64,000 nucleotides of DNA, from NCBI GenBank assembly GCA_965225855.1, contig CBDDCK010000001.1, forward strand, positions 32,001 through 96,000. The letters run 5' to 3'. The first letter of the stretch is position 1, and each line of letters opens with the position of its first letter. Below are positions 1 to 10,181 of the stretch, piece after piece. Under the pieces are notes generated by a model. The model was not told the DNA's origin. It searched no databases and saw nothing but the letters and a program-made list of their open reading frames with translations. This DNA comes from Spirochaetia bacterium (GTDB taxonomy: Bacteria > Spirochaetota > Spirochaetia > SP-2023). Position numbers and translations under genes: made by a program.

Positions 1-2968
1 CTAAAGGCAGTGGGCCAAAGTCTCCTTTCAACAATGCCTTAAACGAATCATTGGCTTCTTGAAACAATATTAAGCGGTCTTCTTGCTCTTTACTGTTGAG
101 TTCTGTATCGCCATCTTGCGCAGCAAGGCAACGCTCTGCTAACTTGATAATACGCTGCACTTCCACCAATTCACCACGTTTATAAGCATCACTGATAGTA
201 ATAAAAGCATTGTTCCAAGTGATTTGCGCACCAGGCGTTACATCGTGATACAACACTAAATGCCGCACAATTGCCAAATATTCTAGTATCTGCGGCAGTA
301 GAAAAATATAGCCTTGTTTCAGCGCACCCTCTTGGGAAGATGAAATAGCTCCCCCAGGCATACCGTGTTGCACTACGCTGTAGTCATAACCTTGAAAATG
401 CGGTGCACAATAACTGTCTAAATAAGGCATGATTTGCTTTAACACAAAATTACAGTTGTTTAAAGCTACTTGGTTTAATCCGTTACAAAAACCTTCAGCA
501 GTTAGCGCAGCATGCATCGCGCCAACATTTCCTTGACCATACCAACGGCAGGCAACATCCATACCAGTATCAATGATCTTTACACCTGCCTTAACCGCAG
601 CCACCAAAGCAGGCACAAATAAACCATCAGTTGCATGGCGATGATATTGCAAAAGCAGTTTAGGCCAACGCTGTTTCAAACCGCAAACCAACTCGGTAAT
701 AAAAGCTGGAGAGCACACACCCGCCATATCCTTCAAAGCGAAAATAATACGTTCGCTAACATCAAACATTGTGCAACCAGCAGCCTTGGCGCACATTTGC
801 AAAATCCGTTCGGTTACTTCTAAATAGTGCTCGATACTGTAACGTTGCCCAACAACAGAAAGGACCAACGCTGGTTCAAAAACCACATCATCACGCTGTA
901 GTACAACTTCGGCCAACGTAGCCATATTCTCAGCACAGTTTAAAAAATCAAAACAACGGATAATATCATACAATTCACAAAGTCTCTCACCCATTTTTTG
1001 GATTATCGCACGGCCCTGAGGCCTATAGCCCAGTAAGTTAGTAGAACGAACCAACACTTGCTGTAAGGTATTCGGTGCTAAGTGCTTCCATACTTTTGCT
1101 TCTTCCAGTGGCGAAGTCATGTTGGCACGAATGTTCATATGGAAATGGGCTCCGCCACCAGTCTCTAAGGATAGGAAACCACACTGATCTAAATACGGGC
1201 CGACAATCCGATCCTCGGCCAATCGCATGCGGTTGCCACTGTTTGATTGGGTAATATCGCGGCAGGTTGTGTCGGTAAAGTGAATTTTTTCACTGCTGCG
1301 AAGAACAGTAAGCAAAGCCTTCCGATTGCTTTGTGGATAGTGAGGAGCCATTTTTTTCGATATACTCGGCAGTCCATAATTACCGAAATTTAAAAAAGTA
1401 TCCTCTTGTTCAGGCTGTTTTAAATCTCCTCCCTCTTCACCACCTTTACCTAAGCGAGGCTGGGCTACATTGCGATATTGCCCCAGTTTGACATAAGGGT
1501 TATAACCACGCGCACTAATTTCAGCCACCAAGCGGGCCAAACGCAGAGCTTCTGGCTCCAGATGGTGATAGTCAAGCAATTCAGAATGCTTTTCGACAAA
1601 GCCAGTGGTAAAATTCCCAACAGCAAAAAAATCCGAAGCAACAATTTGGCGATAGAACGGTAGAGTGGTCTTCAATCCAGAAATTTGATATTCATTCAGA
1701 GCTCGTGAAGCCAGACTTATTAATTTTTCCCAACTATCGGCATAACAAATTAATAGCGATCCCGCTGAATCATAGTTGGAAGGGAATTTATACGAATTGG
1801 ATAAATTTGAGTCGATGCGAACTCCAGGCCCACCGGGTGAGTTATAGCGTTTCACCAATCCTGCATTGGGGCTAAAGTTATTCTGCGGGTCTTCCAAATT
1901 AATACGGCATTGCAAAGACCAATAAAAAGGATGAAGCTCTTCTTGCTTTAAACTTAGCTTGGCACCTAAGCCTAAAGTAATTTGCAATTCAACCAAATCA
2001 ATGCCATAGCGGCTTTCGGTAATACCGTGCTCAACCTGTAAGCGCGTATTGACTTCTATTAAATACACTTGAACCTTACCACTTTGTTTGGTTACCAAAA
2101 ATTCAACAGTAGCTAAAGTATGGTAACCAGCCGCACTGACAATACGGCTAGAGTAATCTTTGAGTTGTTCTCGCAATTCCTCCGTCATAGCTTCCCAAGG
2201 TGAAGGAGTTATTTCTAAAAGTTTTTGGTGATTGCGCTGCAAACTGCAATCCCGCTCATCAAATACCAAAACATTGCCGTAGCGGTCGGCGACTACCTGT
2301 ATTTCAATATGGTGGACATCCGATAAAAATTTCTCAACATACAACGTGGGGTTGCCAAAAGATGAGGCCGCCATAACCTGCGCTTTTTCAAAAGCAGCTT
2401 CTAATTCTTCAAGCTCTCGGATAATCACAATACCGCGGCCACCACCACCGCCTTCGGCCTTGAGTAATACCGGCAGTTCCATGTTTTCTACAAGCTGCCG
2501 AGCTTCGGCCAAACTGACGCTTCCATCAGAACCGGGCACAGTAGGAATGCCAAGCTCTTTCGCTAGCTTTCTAGCCTTCAGCTTGGAACCCAGCAATTCC
2601 ATCGGTTCAGGGTCAGGCCCGATAAAAGTAATGCCTGCTTTTTGGCAAAGCCGAGGAAAGTTTGAATCTTCAGAAGCAAAGCCCCAACCCGGGTGAATAG
2701 CCTTCACTCCCATTTCTTTGGCTTGAATTACAATATTTTCAATATCTAAGTAAGCAGTAGGGTTTGCTCCCAAAAGCATTACTTCATCTGCAGCAGAAAT
2801 TGCAGGAGAATTGCGATCGATATCGGTAACAGTAATAATGGCATGTGCCTTCAATCTTTCACGGATCGAACGGCAAATACGCCTGGCCGTAATTCCTCGG
2901 TTCGCCACTAAAATTGGCATACCTTTGGTTTCCTGTAATAATTCTTGAAAATTTATTTTTGAATCCAT
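1..2968 (-). CDS. pyc: Pyruvate carboxylase (partial; runs off the left edge; not in the ORF track)
   Basis: Manual translation from ATG 2968 (RBS AAGGGA): biotin-carboxylase motifs LVANRG, IHPGWGFASE, KAEGGGGGRG, ERDCSLQRNHQK, then carboxyltransferase motifs DTTCRDITQS, ETGGGAHFH, HRHATDG. Frame checked at these motifs, not at every codon. Confidence 0.9.
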   Translation of the reverse strand, partial: MDSKINFQELLQETKGMPILVANRGITARRICRSIRERLKAHAIITVTDIDRNSPAISAADEVMLLGANPTAYLDIENIVIQAKEMGVKAIHPGWGFASEDSNFPRLCQKAGITFIGPDPEPMELLGSKLKARKLAKELGIPTVPGSDGSVSLAEARQLVENMELPVLLKAEGGGGGRGIVIIRELEELEAAFEKAQVMAASSFGNPTLYVEKFLSDVHHIEIQVVADRYGNVLVFDERDCSLQRNHQKLLEITPSPWEAMTEELREQLKDYSSRIVSAAGYHTLATVEFLVTKQSGKVQVYLIEVNTRLQVEHGITESRYGIDLVELQITLGLGAKLSLKQEELHPFYWSLQCRINLEDPQNNFSPNAGLVKRYNSPGGPGVRIDSNLSNSYKFPSNYDSAGSLLICYADSWEKLISLASRALNEYQISGLKTTLPFYRQIVASDFFAVGNFTTGFVEKHSELLDYHHLEPEALRLARLVAEISARGYNPYVKLGQYRNVAQPRLGKGGEEGGDLKQPEQEDTFLNFGNYGLPSISKKMAPHYPQSNRKALLTVLRSSEKIHFTDTTCRDITQSNSGNRMRLAEDRIVGPYLDQCGFLSLETGGGAHFHMNIRANMTSPLEEAKVWKHLAPNTLQQVLVRSTNLLGYRPQGRAIIQKMGERLCELYDIIRCFDFLNCAENMATLAEVVLQRDDVVFEPALVLSVVGQRYSIEHYLEVTERILQMCAKAAGCTMFDVSERIIFALKDMAGVCSPAFITELVCGLKQRWPKLLLQYHRHATDGLFVPALVAAVKAGVKIIDTGMDVACRWYGQGNVGAMHAALTAEGFCNGLNQVALNNCNFVLKQIMPYLDSYCAPHFQGYDYSVVQHGMPGGAISSSQEGALKQGYIFLLPQILEYLAIVRHLVLYHDVTPGAQITWNNAFITISDAYKRGELVEVQRIIKLAERCLAAQDGDTELNSKEQEDRLILFQEANDSFKALLKGDFGPLPL

Positions 2969-3139
2969 AATTTTTCCCTTATACGAAAATTATTCTACAT
3001 TAAAATTGTATAATAATTAGCAATGTATTCCACTGAAGTAATTTGATTGCTACAAAAGACCCTTTCAATTATTTATTCTTTATCAAGCTAAAAACTCCTT
3101 ACTCAATTGTTTAATTAACAATGATTGATAGTTTAGAAA

Positions 3140-6100
3140 TTATTTGGTTCCATCACATTTGCGAGAATCCACCACTGTGATAGCCAAATCAATCATTTCG
3201 ATATTGCCAGCTGTGGGCGCCTCTTGTTCGCTACCAATACGGTAACTTAGCTGGCCCGAATCGGTTTGCCGATGCCAAGTATTTGCTTGCGTTTCTAGCA
3301 GCAGTTCATTGCCAAACTGTTGCAAAGCTTCTTGCACAATACTAGAACCATTTAACTGTATTTCAATGCGTTGGGCAATTTGCAAATCAGCTTCTTTGCG
3401 CAAATTTTGCACTAAACGGATTATATCGCGCACCAAGCCCTCACGGTACAATTCGGGACTAATGGCTGTTTGCAAAGCCAAAGTCAAGCTACCTTCATTT
3501 AAAACATGAAAGCCTTGTTTTTCTTGGCGGCGAATATCTAAGTGTTCTATATTTACAGTAAATTTACTGTGTTGCTGACCGGCAAAAGTAAGCGCAAGAC
3601 TACCCCCTTTCAATATCCGGCCAATGCTAGCCGAATCGAGTTTCTCTACTTCAGCTGCCAACAATTTCATGTCCTTACCCAACAACTTGCCGAGTACACG
3701 GAAATTGGCCTTTGCACTATAGGAAACCAATTCTTCTTCATTCTCATCAATACAAACTTGCTTGACGTTCAGCTCTTCTTTAATTAGACCAAATAATTCT
3801 TGCAATAAAACTTTTTCTTCCTCGTTTCGCGTTACAATGCGCGCTTCCCAAAGAGGCTGGCGGTTGCGAATTTGGCATTGAGCGCGCAGACCCCGCCCTA
3901 GCGAAATACAACGGCGGGCCAAATTCATCTGCGCTTCCAATTTGGGGCGGCGCATTTCTTGGCGAACTTCTGGAAAACGGCACAAATGAACAGACAAAGC
4001 TTGGCTAGCTAATTGTTCTTCAGTTTGCAAACCGCGATAAATCGTTTCGCTAATGAAAGGTACCAATGGCGCGGTAACACGCATTAGCTGGTTGAGAACA
4101 TACCATAAACTAGCGTAAGCTTCGCTCTTATCGCCATCGTGTTCACTTTTCCAAAAACGCCGGCGCGAACGGCGGATATACCAGTTGTTTAGTAGATCGA
4201 TAAAATCGAGCAACGAAGTTACGGCTTGAGGTAAAAATAATTGTTCCATTGCCCTGCGAAATTTTTCTACCACAGTTTCCAACTCGGAAAGAATCCATTG
4301 GTCCAAAGAGTTTTGTGGATTTCTCGGAGCACTTTGAGGGAAAATTCCATCGGCGTTGGCATACGTAGCATAAAAACTATAGGCGTTCCATAAGGGCAAG
4401 ATAATGCTTTTCAGCATATTTTTGACTCCGGTATCTGAAAAACGGATTGGTTCTCCTTTAACTACAGCACTACTTAATAAATATAGGCGCATCGCATCAG
4501 CCCCAAATTGTTCCATAATTTCTTCAGGTGGGGTATAGTTGCGCAAAGATTTAGACATTTTTTTGCCGTCCTCGGCCAAAATCATGCCACTGGTTACGCA
4601 GTTTTTAAAAGCCGGTCGGCCAAACAATGCGGTAGATAATACGGTCAGCGTGTAAAACCAACCACGAGTTTGGTCCAAGGATTCATTGATAAAATGGGCT
4701 GGAAAATTCTGTTCAAACCATTCTTTATGTTCAAAAGGATAGTGGTTTTGAGCGTAGGGCATGGCCCCAGACTCAAACCAACAATCTAGCACTTCAGGAA
4801 TACGCCGCATCTTACGCTGTTCACCAGCAGTATAGCACGCATCACAATCAAATTCTAATGGATCAATAAAATGTTTATGCAAATCATGTACGTTCTTGCC
4901 CGTCAATTGTTCCAGCTCGGAGCGGCTAGACAAACAACGCTGGTGGCCAGCTTCACATTGCCAAATGGGAATTGGATTGCCCCAATAACGATTGCGCGAA
5001 ATAGACCAATCGCGGGCATTGCGCAGCCAATCACCAAAACGGCCTTCTTGCAAATGGTCGGGCACCCAGTAAATTTGGGCATTAGATTGCAATAATTTTT
5101 TGCGCAGCGACTCCACTTTGACAAACCAAGAGGAAATAGCCCGGTAAATCAGTGGCGATTCACAACGCCAGCAATGTGGGTAAGCGTGCAGAATTTGTTG
5201 TTGCTGGAATACTAAGCCCGCTTGTTTTAAGTAATTGGCAACATTTTTATTGGCATCGCGCACAAACAAGCCGGCAAAATCCAATACTTCTTCGGTATAG
5301 CGGCATTCTTCGTCCACCGGTGCCACAACGGGAACTCCAGCGGCTTGCAGTAATTTATAGTCATCTTCACCAAAACCAGGAGCACAATGGACAATGCCAC
5401 AACCATCCTTGGCGCTGACAAAATTGGTACAGTGACTACGGAAAGCCCCTTGCTTGTGCAAATGCGAAAAGTAAGGAAACAATGGGCGGTATTCCAATCC
5501 TGCTAATTCTCGACCTTTTGCTACGGCAAAGGGGCCCGAATCGGCAAGCTCTTGGCTAACAAAATTAGCCACTTTGTTTTGCAATAAAATAATATAACCG
5601 GTAGCTTCAGAATCGGGCCTATTACACTCTATTTTATCCCGCACTAATGCATAATCAAAGTCAGCATGCAAAGCCAAGCCCAAGTTGGCAGGCAAAGTCC
5701 AAGGAGTAGTCGTCCAAGCAATAAAGGAGACTGGTTCTTCCCCAACTATAGCTTGGAAGTTTTTGGGCAGCCTAGCATTGTCTAATATGGGGAAGCGCAC
5801 CGTTAAAGCGGGGTCATGAATATCGCGGTAGCCACCGAGCGCAACATCGTGATTGGAGAGCACGGTAGAGCAGCGGGGACAATAGGGTAAAATATAGTAG
5901 CCTTGGTATAGTAATTCTTTGTCCCAAAGTTGGTGGAAAACCCACCAGATACTTTCCATGTAATCCAAGTCCATGGTTCGATATTCGTTATCAAAGTCCA
6001 CCCAACGACCAGAGCGGCGCACGGTGCTACGCCATTCACTGCTAAATTTTTGCACAATTCCTCGGCAGGCTTCGTTGAATCTATCAATGCCAAATTTTTC

Positions 6101-6424
6101 AATCGCAGTTTTTCCAGAAATGCCGAGCAGTTTTTCCGTTTCGTATTCTACTGGTAGGCCGTGGCAATCCCAACCAAAACGGCGGGGCAAATATTTACCT
6201 AACATGGCATTGTAGCGTTGTACCACATCTTTTAGTACGCCAACCATAATGTGGCCGTAGTGTGGTAGTCCGGTAGCAAAGGGCGGGCCATCGTAAAAGA
6301 TAAACGGTTCCCCATCTATGTTTTGTTCAACCGAACGCTCAAATATGCGATTGTCCTGCCAAAATTGTAGAATTTTTTGTTCCATTTTAGGGAAATCTGG
6401 TTTACTTGTTACGCTCCGGTACAT
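3140..6424 (-). CDS. ileS: Isoleucine--tRNA ligase (type 2)
   Basis: GPPFATGLPHYGH, GWDCHGLPVE, WTTTPWTLP, KMSKS; 1094 aa with a type-2-style C-terminus. Confidence 0.97.
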   Translation of the reverse strand: MYRSVTSKPDFPKMEQKILQFWQDNRIFERSVEQNIDGEPFIFYDGPPFATGLPHYGHIMVGVLKDVVQRYNAMLGKYLPRRFGWDCHGLPVEYETEKLLGISGKTAIEKFGIDRFNEACRGIVQKFSSEWRSTVRRSGRWVDFDNEYRTMDLDYMESIWWVFHQLWDKELLYQGYYILPYCPRCSTVLSNHDVALGGYRDIHDPALTVRFPILDNARLPKNFQAIVGEEPVSFIAWTTTPWTLPANLGLALHADFDYALVRDKIECNRPDSEATGYIILLQNKVANFVSQELADSGPFAVAKGRELAGLEYRPLFPYFSHLHKQGAFRSHCTNFVSAKDGCGIVHCAPGFGEDDYKLLQAAGVPVVAPVDEECRYTEEVLDFAGLFVRDANKNVANYLKQAGLVFQQQQILHAYPHCWRCESPLIYRAISSWFVKVESLRKKLLQSNAQIYWVPDHLQEGRFGDWLRNARDWSISRNRYWGNPIPIWQCEAGHQRCLSSRSELEQLTGKNVHDLHKHFIDPLEFDCDACYTAGEQRKMRRIPEVLDCWFESGAMPYAQNHYPFEHKEWFEQNFPAHFINESLDQTRGWFYTLTVLSTALFGRPAFKNCVTSGMILAEDGKKMSKSLRNYTPPEEIMEQFGADAMRLYLLSSAVVKGEPIRFSDTGVKNMLKSIILPLWNAYSFYATYANADGIFPQSAPRNPQNSLDQWILSELETVVEKFRRAMEQLFLPQAVTSLLDFIDLLNNWYIRRSRRRFWKSEHDGDKSEAYASLWYVLNQLMRVTAPLVPFISETIYRGLQTEEQLASQALSVHLCRFPEVRQEMRRPKLEAQMNLARRCISLGRGLRAQCQIRNRQPLWEARIVTRNEEEKVLLQELFGLIKEELNVKQVCIDENEEELVSYSAKANFRVLGKLLGKDMKLLAAEVEKLDSASIGRILKGGSLALTFAGQQHSKFTVNIEHLDIRRQEKQGFHVLNEGSLTLALQTAISPELYREGLVRDIIRLVQNLRKEADLQIAQRIEIQLNGSSIVQEALQQFGNELLLETQANTWHRQTDSGQLSYRIGSEQEAPTAGNIEMIDLAITVVDSRKCDGTK

Positions 6425-6624
6425 ACTAAGCCCTCGCTAGAGTTTTAGAGTTCGACATCATAACGAAAGAGCACTTCTTAGTATAGAGCCTAAGACAAAC
6501 TTAGATAGTTTTTAGATATCCCTATAAGTGGCCCAAACAGCACCTACTCCAACTAAGGAGTCCAAATCTTGTTGATTATCTTAACCTACTAACTATCTTT
6601 TGTATTTCAATTTGTAGATAATAA

Positions 6625-6795
6625 CAGGCCCAAAGCCAAGATGATGCTGTGGCGCTTGAGCATTTATTAGAGCAAGATGTGGAATTATTGGGCCCGCACT
6701 TCAATGCCCAAGATATGGCTAACCAAACAAACACAATACCTTATGAAGTGCTCACTTCGATTAGCGCCAGAGTGCCACGGCTGTATTTGGACTAG
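6625..6795 (+). pseudogene. alr: Alanine racemase C-terminal remnant
   Basis: Frame reads DVELLGPHFNAQDMANQTNTIPYEVLTSISARVPRLYLD*, the typical Alr C-terminus (TIxYExLTxIxxRVxRxY). An in-frame TAA at 6622-6624 precedes it and the rest of the gene is absent. Confidence 0.75.
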
Positions 6796-7202
6796 GATTT
6801 TTAATAATAGCAGCGCAAAGAACCCATTATATTACTCTTTAACTAGGGATAATTGCTAGGGCTACAAATATTCCACTTCACGGCCTAGGTAGTTATTACT
6901 TTCTGTTAGGCTAGCTTTCCTATTGCAGCTTATCGACTTGCTGTTGCGTTAGGCCCGCAATTGCATCAATCATTTCTAGCAAGACATTCCGGCGCAGCCC
7001 TTCCGGTGTTTGTCTTCAGGGCGCAGTTCTCACCTAGCCCAACGCAAACCATCGGTATAGAGTAGCATTAGTGCATGTTGGCTGGTGCTAGTTCTACCAT
7101 AGAGTTATAGCGTTCGTTTAATGGCTAGCAGCGTTTTAGGCAAGCCCAACAGCCTAGTTTGATGCAATCAATGGAAGCCCCAACTTTGCTAGCCTTACGC
7201 CC

Positions 7203-7244
7203 TACAAGCTATATTCTTGATGGCCGTCAAGAATATAGCTTGTA
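7203..7244. repeat. 42-bp near-perfect palindrome
   Basis: TACAAGCTATATTCTTGA-TGGCCG-TCAAGAATATAGCTTGTA (perfect 18-bp arms). Confidence 0.85.
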
Positions 7245-7365
7245 ACTCAACTAATAAGGGCCTTCCAAGGGTAAATTGCTTTGCTGCATGCCCCACTTAC
7301 TGCTTGGGCCACTTACTCCACTGCTTTGCCCACTGCCTTGCCATTGGGGAATCTTATGGGGAATC

Positions 7366-7560
7366 TTAGAACATGCTGCGCATAGTGGTAACGTGGGAGG
7401 TGTGCCAGCAGCTATATCGCCGTTAAAGCCTGCGTTGCCTTTGAACAACTCGGACATATCGCTAATAGCACAAGTATCTATATGGTTGAGGCTGGCCGTA
7501 TCGTCAGCTTGCTCAATTAGGGCCTTGAGCTCTTCCTTAGTCTGGGGCTTTTCGGTTATA
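7366..7560 (-). pseudogene. DUF285/BspA-like surface repeat protein remnant
   Basis: KPQTKEELKALIEQ..LNHIDTCAISDMSELFKGNAGFNGDI then, after a frameshift, WHTSHVTTMRSMF*. This matches the DUF285 repeat pattern FNxDIxxWDTSxVTxMxxMF. Confidence 0.7.
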
Positions 7561-7953
7561 CGAATGGCTTTACAATATTTTAGCCGGCTTGGTCTCTTGG
7601 GCTGTGGCCACAGTTTAGCAAGCCACCAGCGCAAGGGTTAGCCATGCCCAGAAGATCGGCCCGGCTAAGCGGTAGTATCGATAGCTATGCTGGTTCATAT
7701 TGTCTATACCTCTGTTGAGTTAGATATAATAGCGGGCCGCTATAAGGTTATGGCTTAACTAGGTCAAGCTATATATTGTTTTTTGTGTAGATTTTGGCTT
7801 TAGTACTGGGGTTTATTGCTGTAGGCGCACTGGCTCAATCCGCAATTTTGCCTAAGGGATTATCGAAATAGAATATATCGTTGCTCAAAACACAACAGAT
7901 TTACCATAAAATGGATTCCCTAGACTGTTTTTATCAGTAGACTAAGGCAAATT

Positions 7954-8478
7954 ATGAAGCTTTCTATCTTTTTGTTCTATGTGGCCCTAATTTTTAGCTC
8001 ATGCAGCCCTGCTCCAACGGGGCAAAAGCTCTACCTTTATGCCAGCCAAAGCCATAGCAGGACCTATTTAGATATTATCGCAGCAGCTAGTAAAGAAGCA
8101 CGCAAACAAGGTACAACGCTCGTTTACCAAACGTTGGGCGATTTTATCAGTCAACCATTACCAGCTATGCTTGAACCCATCAATAAAAGCGATGCCATTG
8201 CAGTTATAGCCTATGATACAGAATGGAATAACCAAAGCCCAATTCTACAGCAACGTTTTAAGGAATTAAAGGCCTTGTTACGTAAACAAAATATCAAACT
8301 TGGTGTATGGCTATTAGCTACAGGCTATAACCCCAAGTTACCTCCTTCACTAAAACAACCCAACAGCCATAACTTCGATGCTGTTAGCAGCGCCAGTACA
8401 GAGAGACCAGCCAAAGCCATGGCTACCAAATTCTTTGGTAATATGGCACAGTATCGGCCTATCAGTAGCAAGGAATAA
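7954..8478 (+). CDS. Hypothetical lipoprotein
   Basis: 174-aa ORF with signal peptide and lipobox LIFSSC. Confidence 0.7.
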   Translation: MKLSIFLFYVALIFSSCSPAPTGQKLYLYASQSHSRTYLDIIAAASKEARKQGTTLVYQTLGDFISQPLPAMLEPINKSDAIAVIAYDTEWNNQSPILQQRFKELKALLRKQNIKLGVWLLATGYNPKLPPSLKQPNSHNFDAVSSASTERPAKAMATKFFGNMAQYRPISSKE

Positions 8479-8614
8479 AAGCTATCAAGCACTTAGATAC
8501 AAAGTTTCCTATATCTTTGATAACCCAAGATAGGATAAAAAACAACAATAATAATATTTCGATACGGCTGTATCACGTAATCAGATAAGCCCGTATTAGA
8601 TTCAACAAAAGAAC

Positions 8615-10072
8615 CTAACTCAAATATTGCTGAACGGCAGCAGCTACCTCTCGGCCTTGGGCAACCACATCTACCACCAGGGAAGCCCCGTGCACCATAT
8701 CGCCAACAGGGAATACATCGGGAGTAGCTAATTGTTGTTCGGTGGGGTTGTGATGACGGTCAAAAGCCATACCTGCTGTTATCATCTGCTGGGTCAGCGG
8801 CCCCTCTTCGGTATGGTCAAAACCGATGGCAATCAGCACCGCATCAATGGGCTCGTAAAGCACTTCATCTGGCAGCAATTCCATCTTAGGCCGAGCTTTA
8901 GCAGGCTCTTTATGCCATAACACTTTAGTAAATGTTACCCCATCAATTTGGCCATCGCCGTTATCGTCATGAAAGCGTGTTGGCACATAAAGCCAGAGCC
9001 TCTCGCAATACTCTTCTTGAGCAGAAGAGGTTTCCAAATGGTCGTGGCGCGAAGGAGGCAAAGGCCAAGCGGGGTTTTTTCTTTGGTTCCACAAGGGCGG
9101 TTCTGGTTGGCGGCTAACTTGAATGATTCGCGCTGCACCTTCACGCCGAGCACTGCCAATGCAGTCGCTACTGGTATCGCCAGCACCTAAAACCAATACG
9201 TTCTTATCTTTCAATTCGATAGGTTGGCCATGGACTTGCTGTTGGTTCTGCCGCTTATTGACTTGTATTAGGTATTCCATAGCCCAATAGATACCACCTA
9301 ACTCACGGCCCTCGGTCACATAGTTACTAGCATGTTCGGCTCCGCAAGCCAAAATCACCGCATTATAGTCTCGGCGCAGCTGCTCTAAAGTTACGTCCTC
9401 CCCCACCTTGACATTCGTTTGGAACATTATGCCCGCACGGAGCATTAGCGCCACTCGCCGCTCAACCACAGCTTTCGGCAATTTATAATCAGGGATACCA
9501 TAGCGCAAAAGGCCCCCTACAGCGTCTTGCTTTTCTAGTACCGTTACTTGGTGGCCGAAGCAACGCAAGTCTTGGGCAGCAGCCAATCCCGCAGGCCCAC
9601 TACCCACAATCACAACCTTTTTGTTCGATTCTTCAAGCTGCTTATTTAGGCAGTCTTCAAAGCCCTCTTCCACCCAGCCTTCTTGCCAAGCCTTCTCCAC
9701 AATAGCCAATTCAATCTGGCGGATACTCACCGCTGAATCGTTAATAGCTAGAGTACAAGCAGACTCGCAGGGAGCTGGACAAATGCGCCCTGTGAATTCA
9801 GAAAGATTAGAAGTTAGCTTCAACCGTTCGTACGCTTCACGCCAATTGTTTTTAGCTACTAAGTCGTTCCATTCTGGTATTAGGTTTTTTAGTGGACAGC
9901 CTACACTGTGGCAATATGGAATACCGCAATTCATACAACGCTGGGCCTGTAGAGAAACGATTTCCGGTTGGTTCAATGTAGCCACTTCCCCAAAATCGAG
10001 AATACGTTCGTCCACATTCCGGTAGCAGAACCCTTTCCTCTCATGCTGTAAGAATCCAAAGTGATCTTTCAT
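8615..10072 (-). CDS. gltD: Glutamate synthase small subunit
   Basis: RCMNCGIPYCH..GCPL, TGRICPAPCESAC, GSGPAG, GGLLRYGIP, GASLVV. Start moved to MKDHFGF (10072), downstream of AAGGA. Confidence 0.93.
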   Translation of the reverse strand: MKDHFGFLQHERKGFCYRNVDERILDFGEVATLNQPEIVSLQAQRCMNCGIPYCHSVGCPLKNLIPEWNDLVAKNNWREAYERLKLTSNLSEFTGRICPAPCESACTLAINDSAVSIRQIELAIVEKAWQEGWVEEGFEDCLNKQLEESNKKVVIVGSGPAGLAAAQDLRCFGHQVTVLEKQDAVGGLLRYGIPDYKLPKAVVERRVALMLRAGIMFQTNVKVGEDVTLEQLRRDYNAVILACGAEHASNYVTEGRELGGIYWAMEYLIQVNKRQNQQQVHGQPIELKDKNVLVLGAGDTSSDCIGSARREGAARIIQVSRQPEPPLWNQRKNPAWPLPPSRHDHLETSSAQEEYCERLWLYVPTRFHDDNGDGQIDGVTFTKVLWHKEPAKARPKMELLPDEVLYEPIDAVLIAIGFDHTEEGPLTQQMITAGMAFDRHHNPTEQQLATPDVFPVGDMVHGASLVVDVVAQGREVAAAVQQYLS

Positions 10073-10181
10073 ATCTTTATCCTTTACCTGGAGAACTACT
10101 TTTGCCAATAGAACAAAAGCAGATATACTGCATGTAGGTATGCGCAACTCCCCATAGGTTTATGCGTTGTCATCATAGTAA

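Noticed and set aside
6425..6620. T-box leader upstream of ileS
   Set aside because: No T-box consensus or terminator/antiterminator visible.
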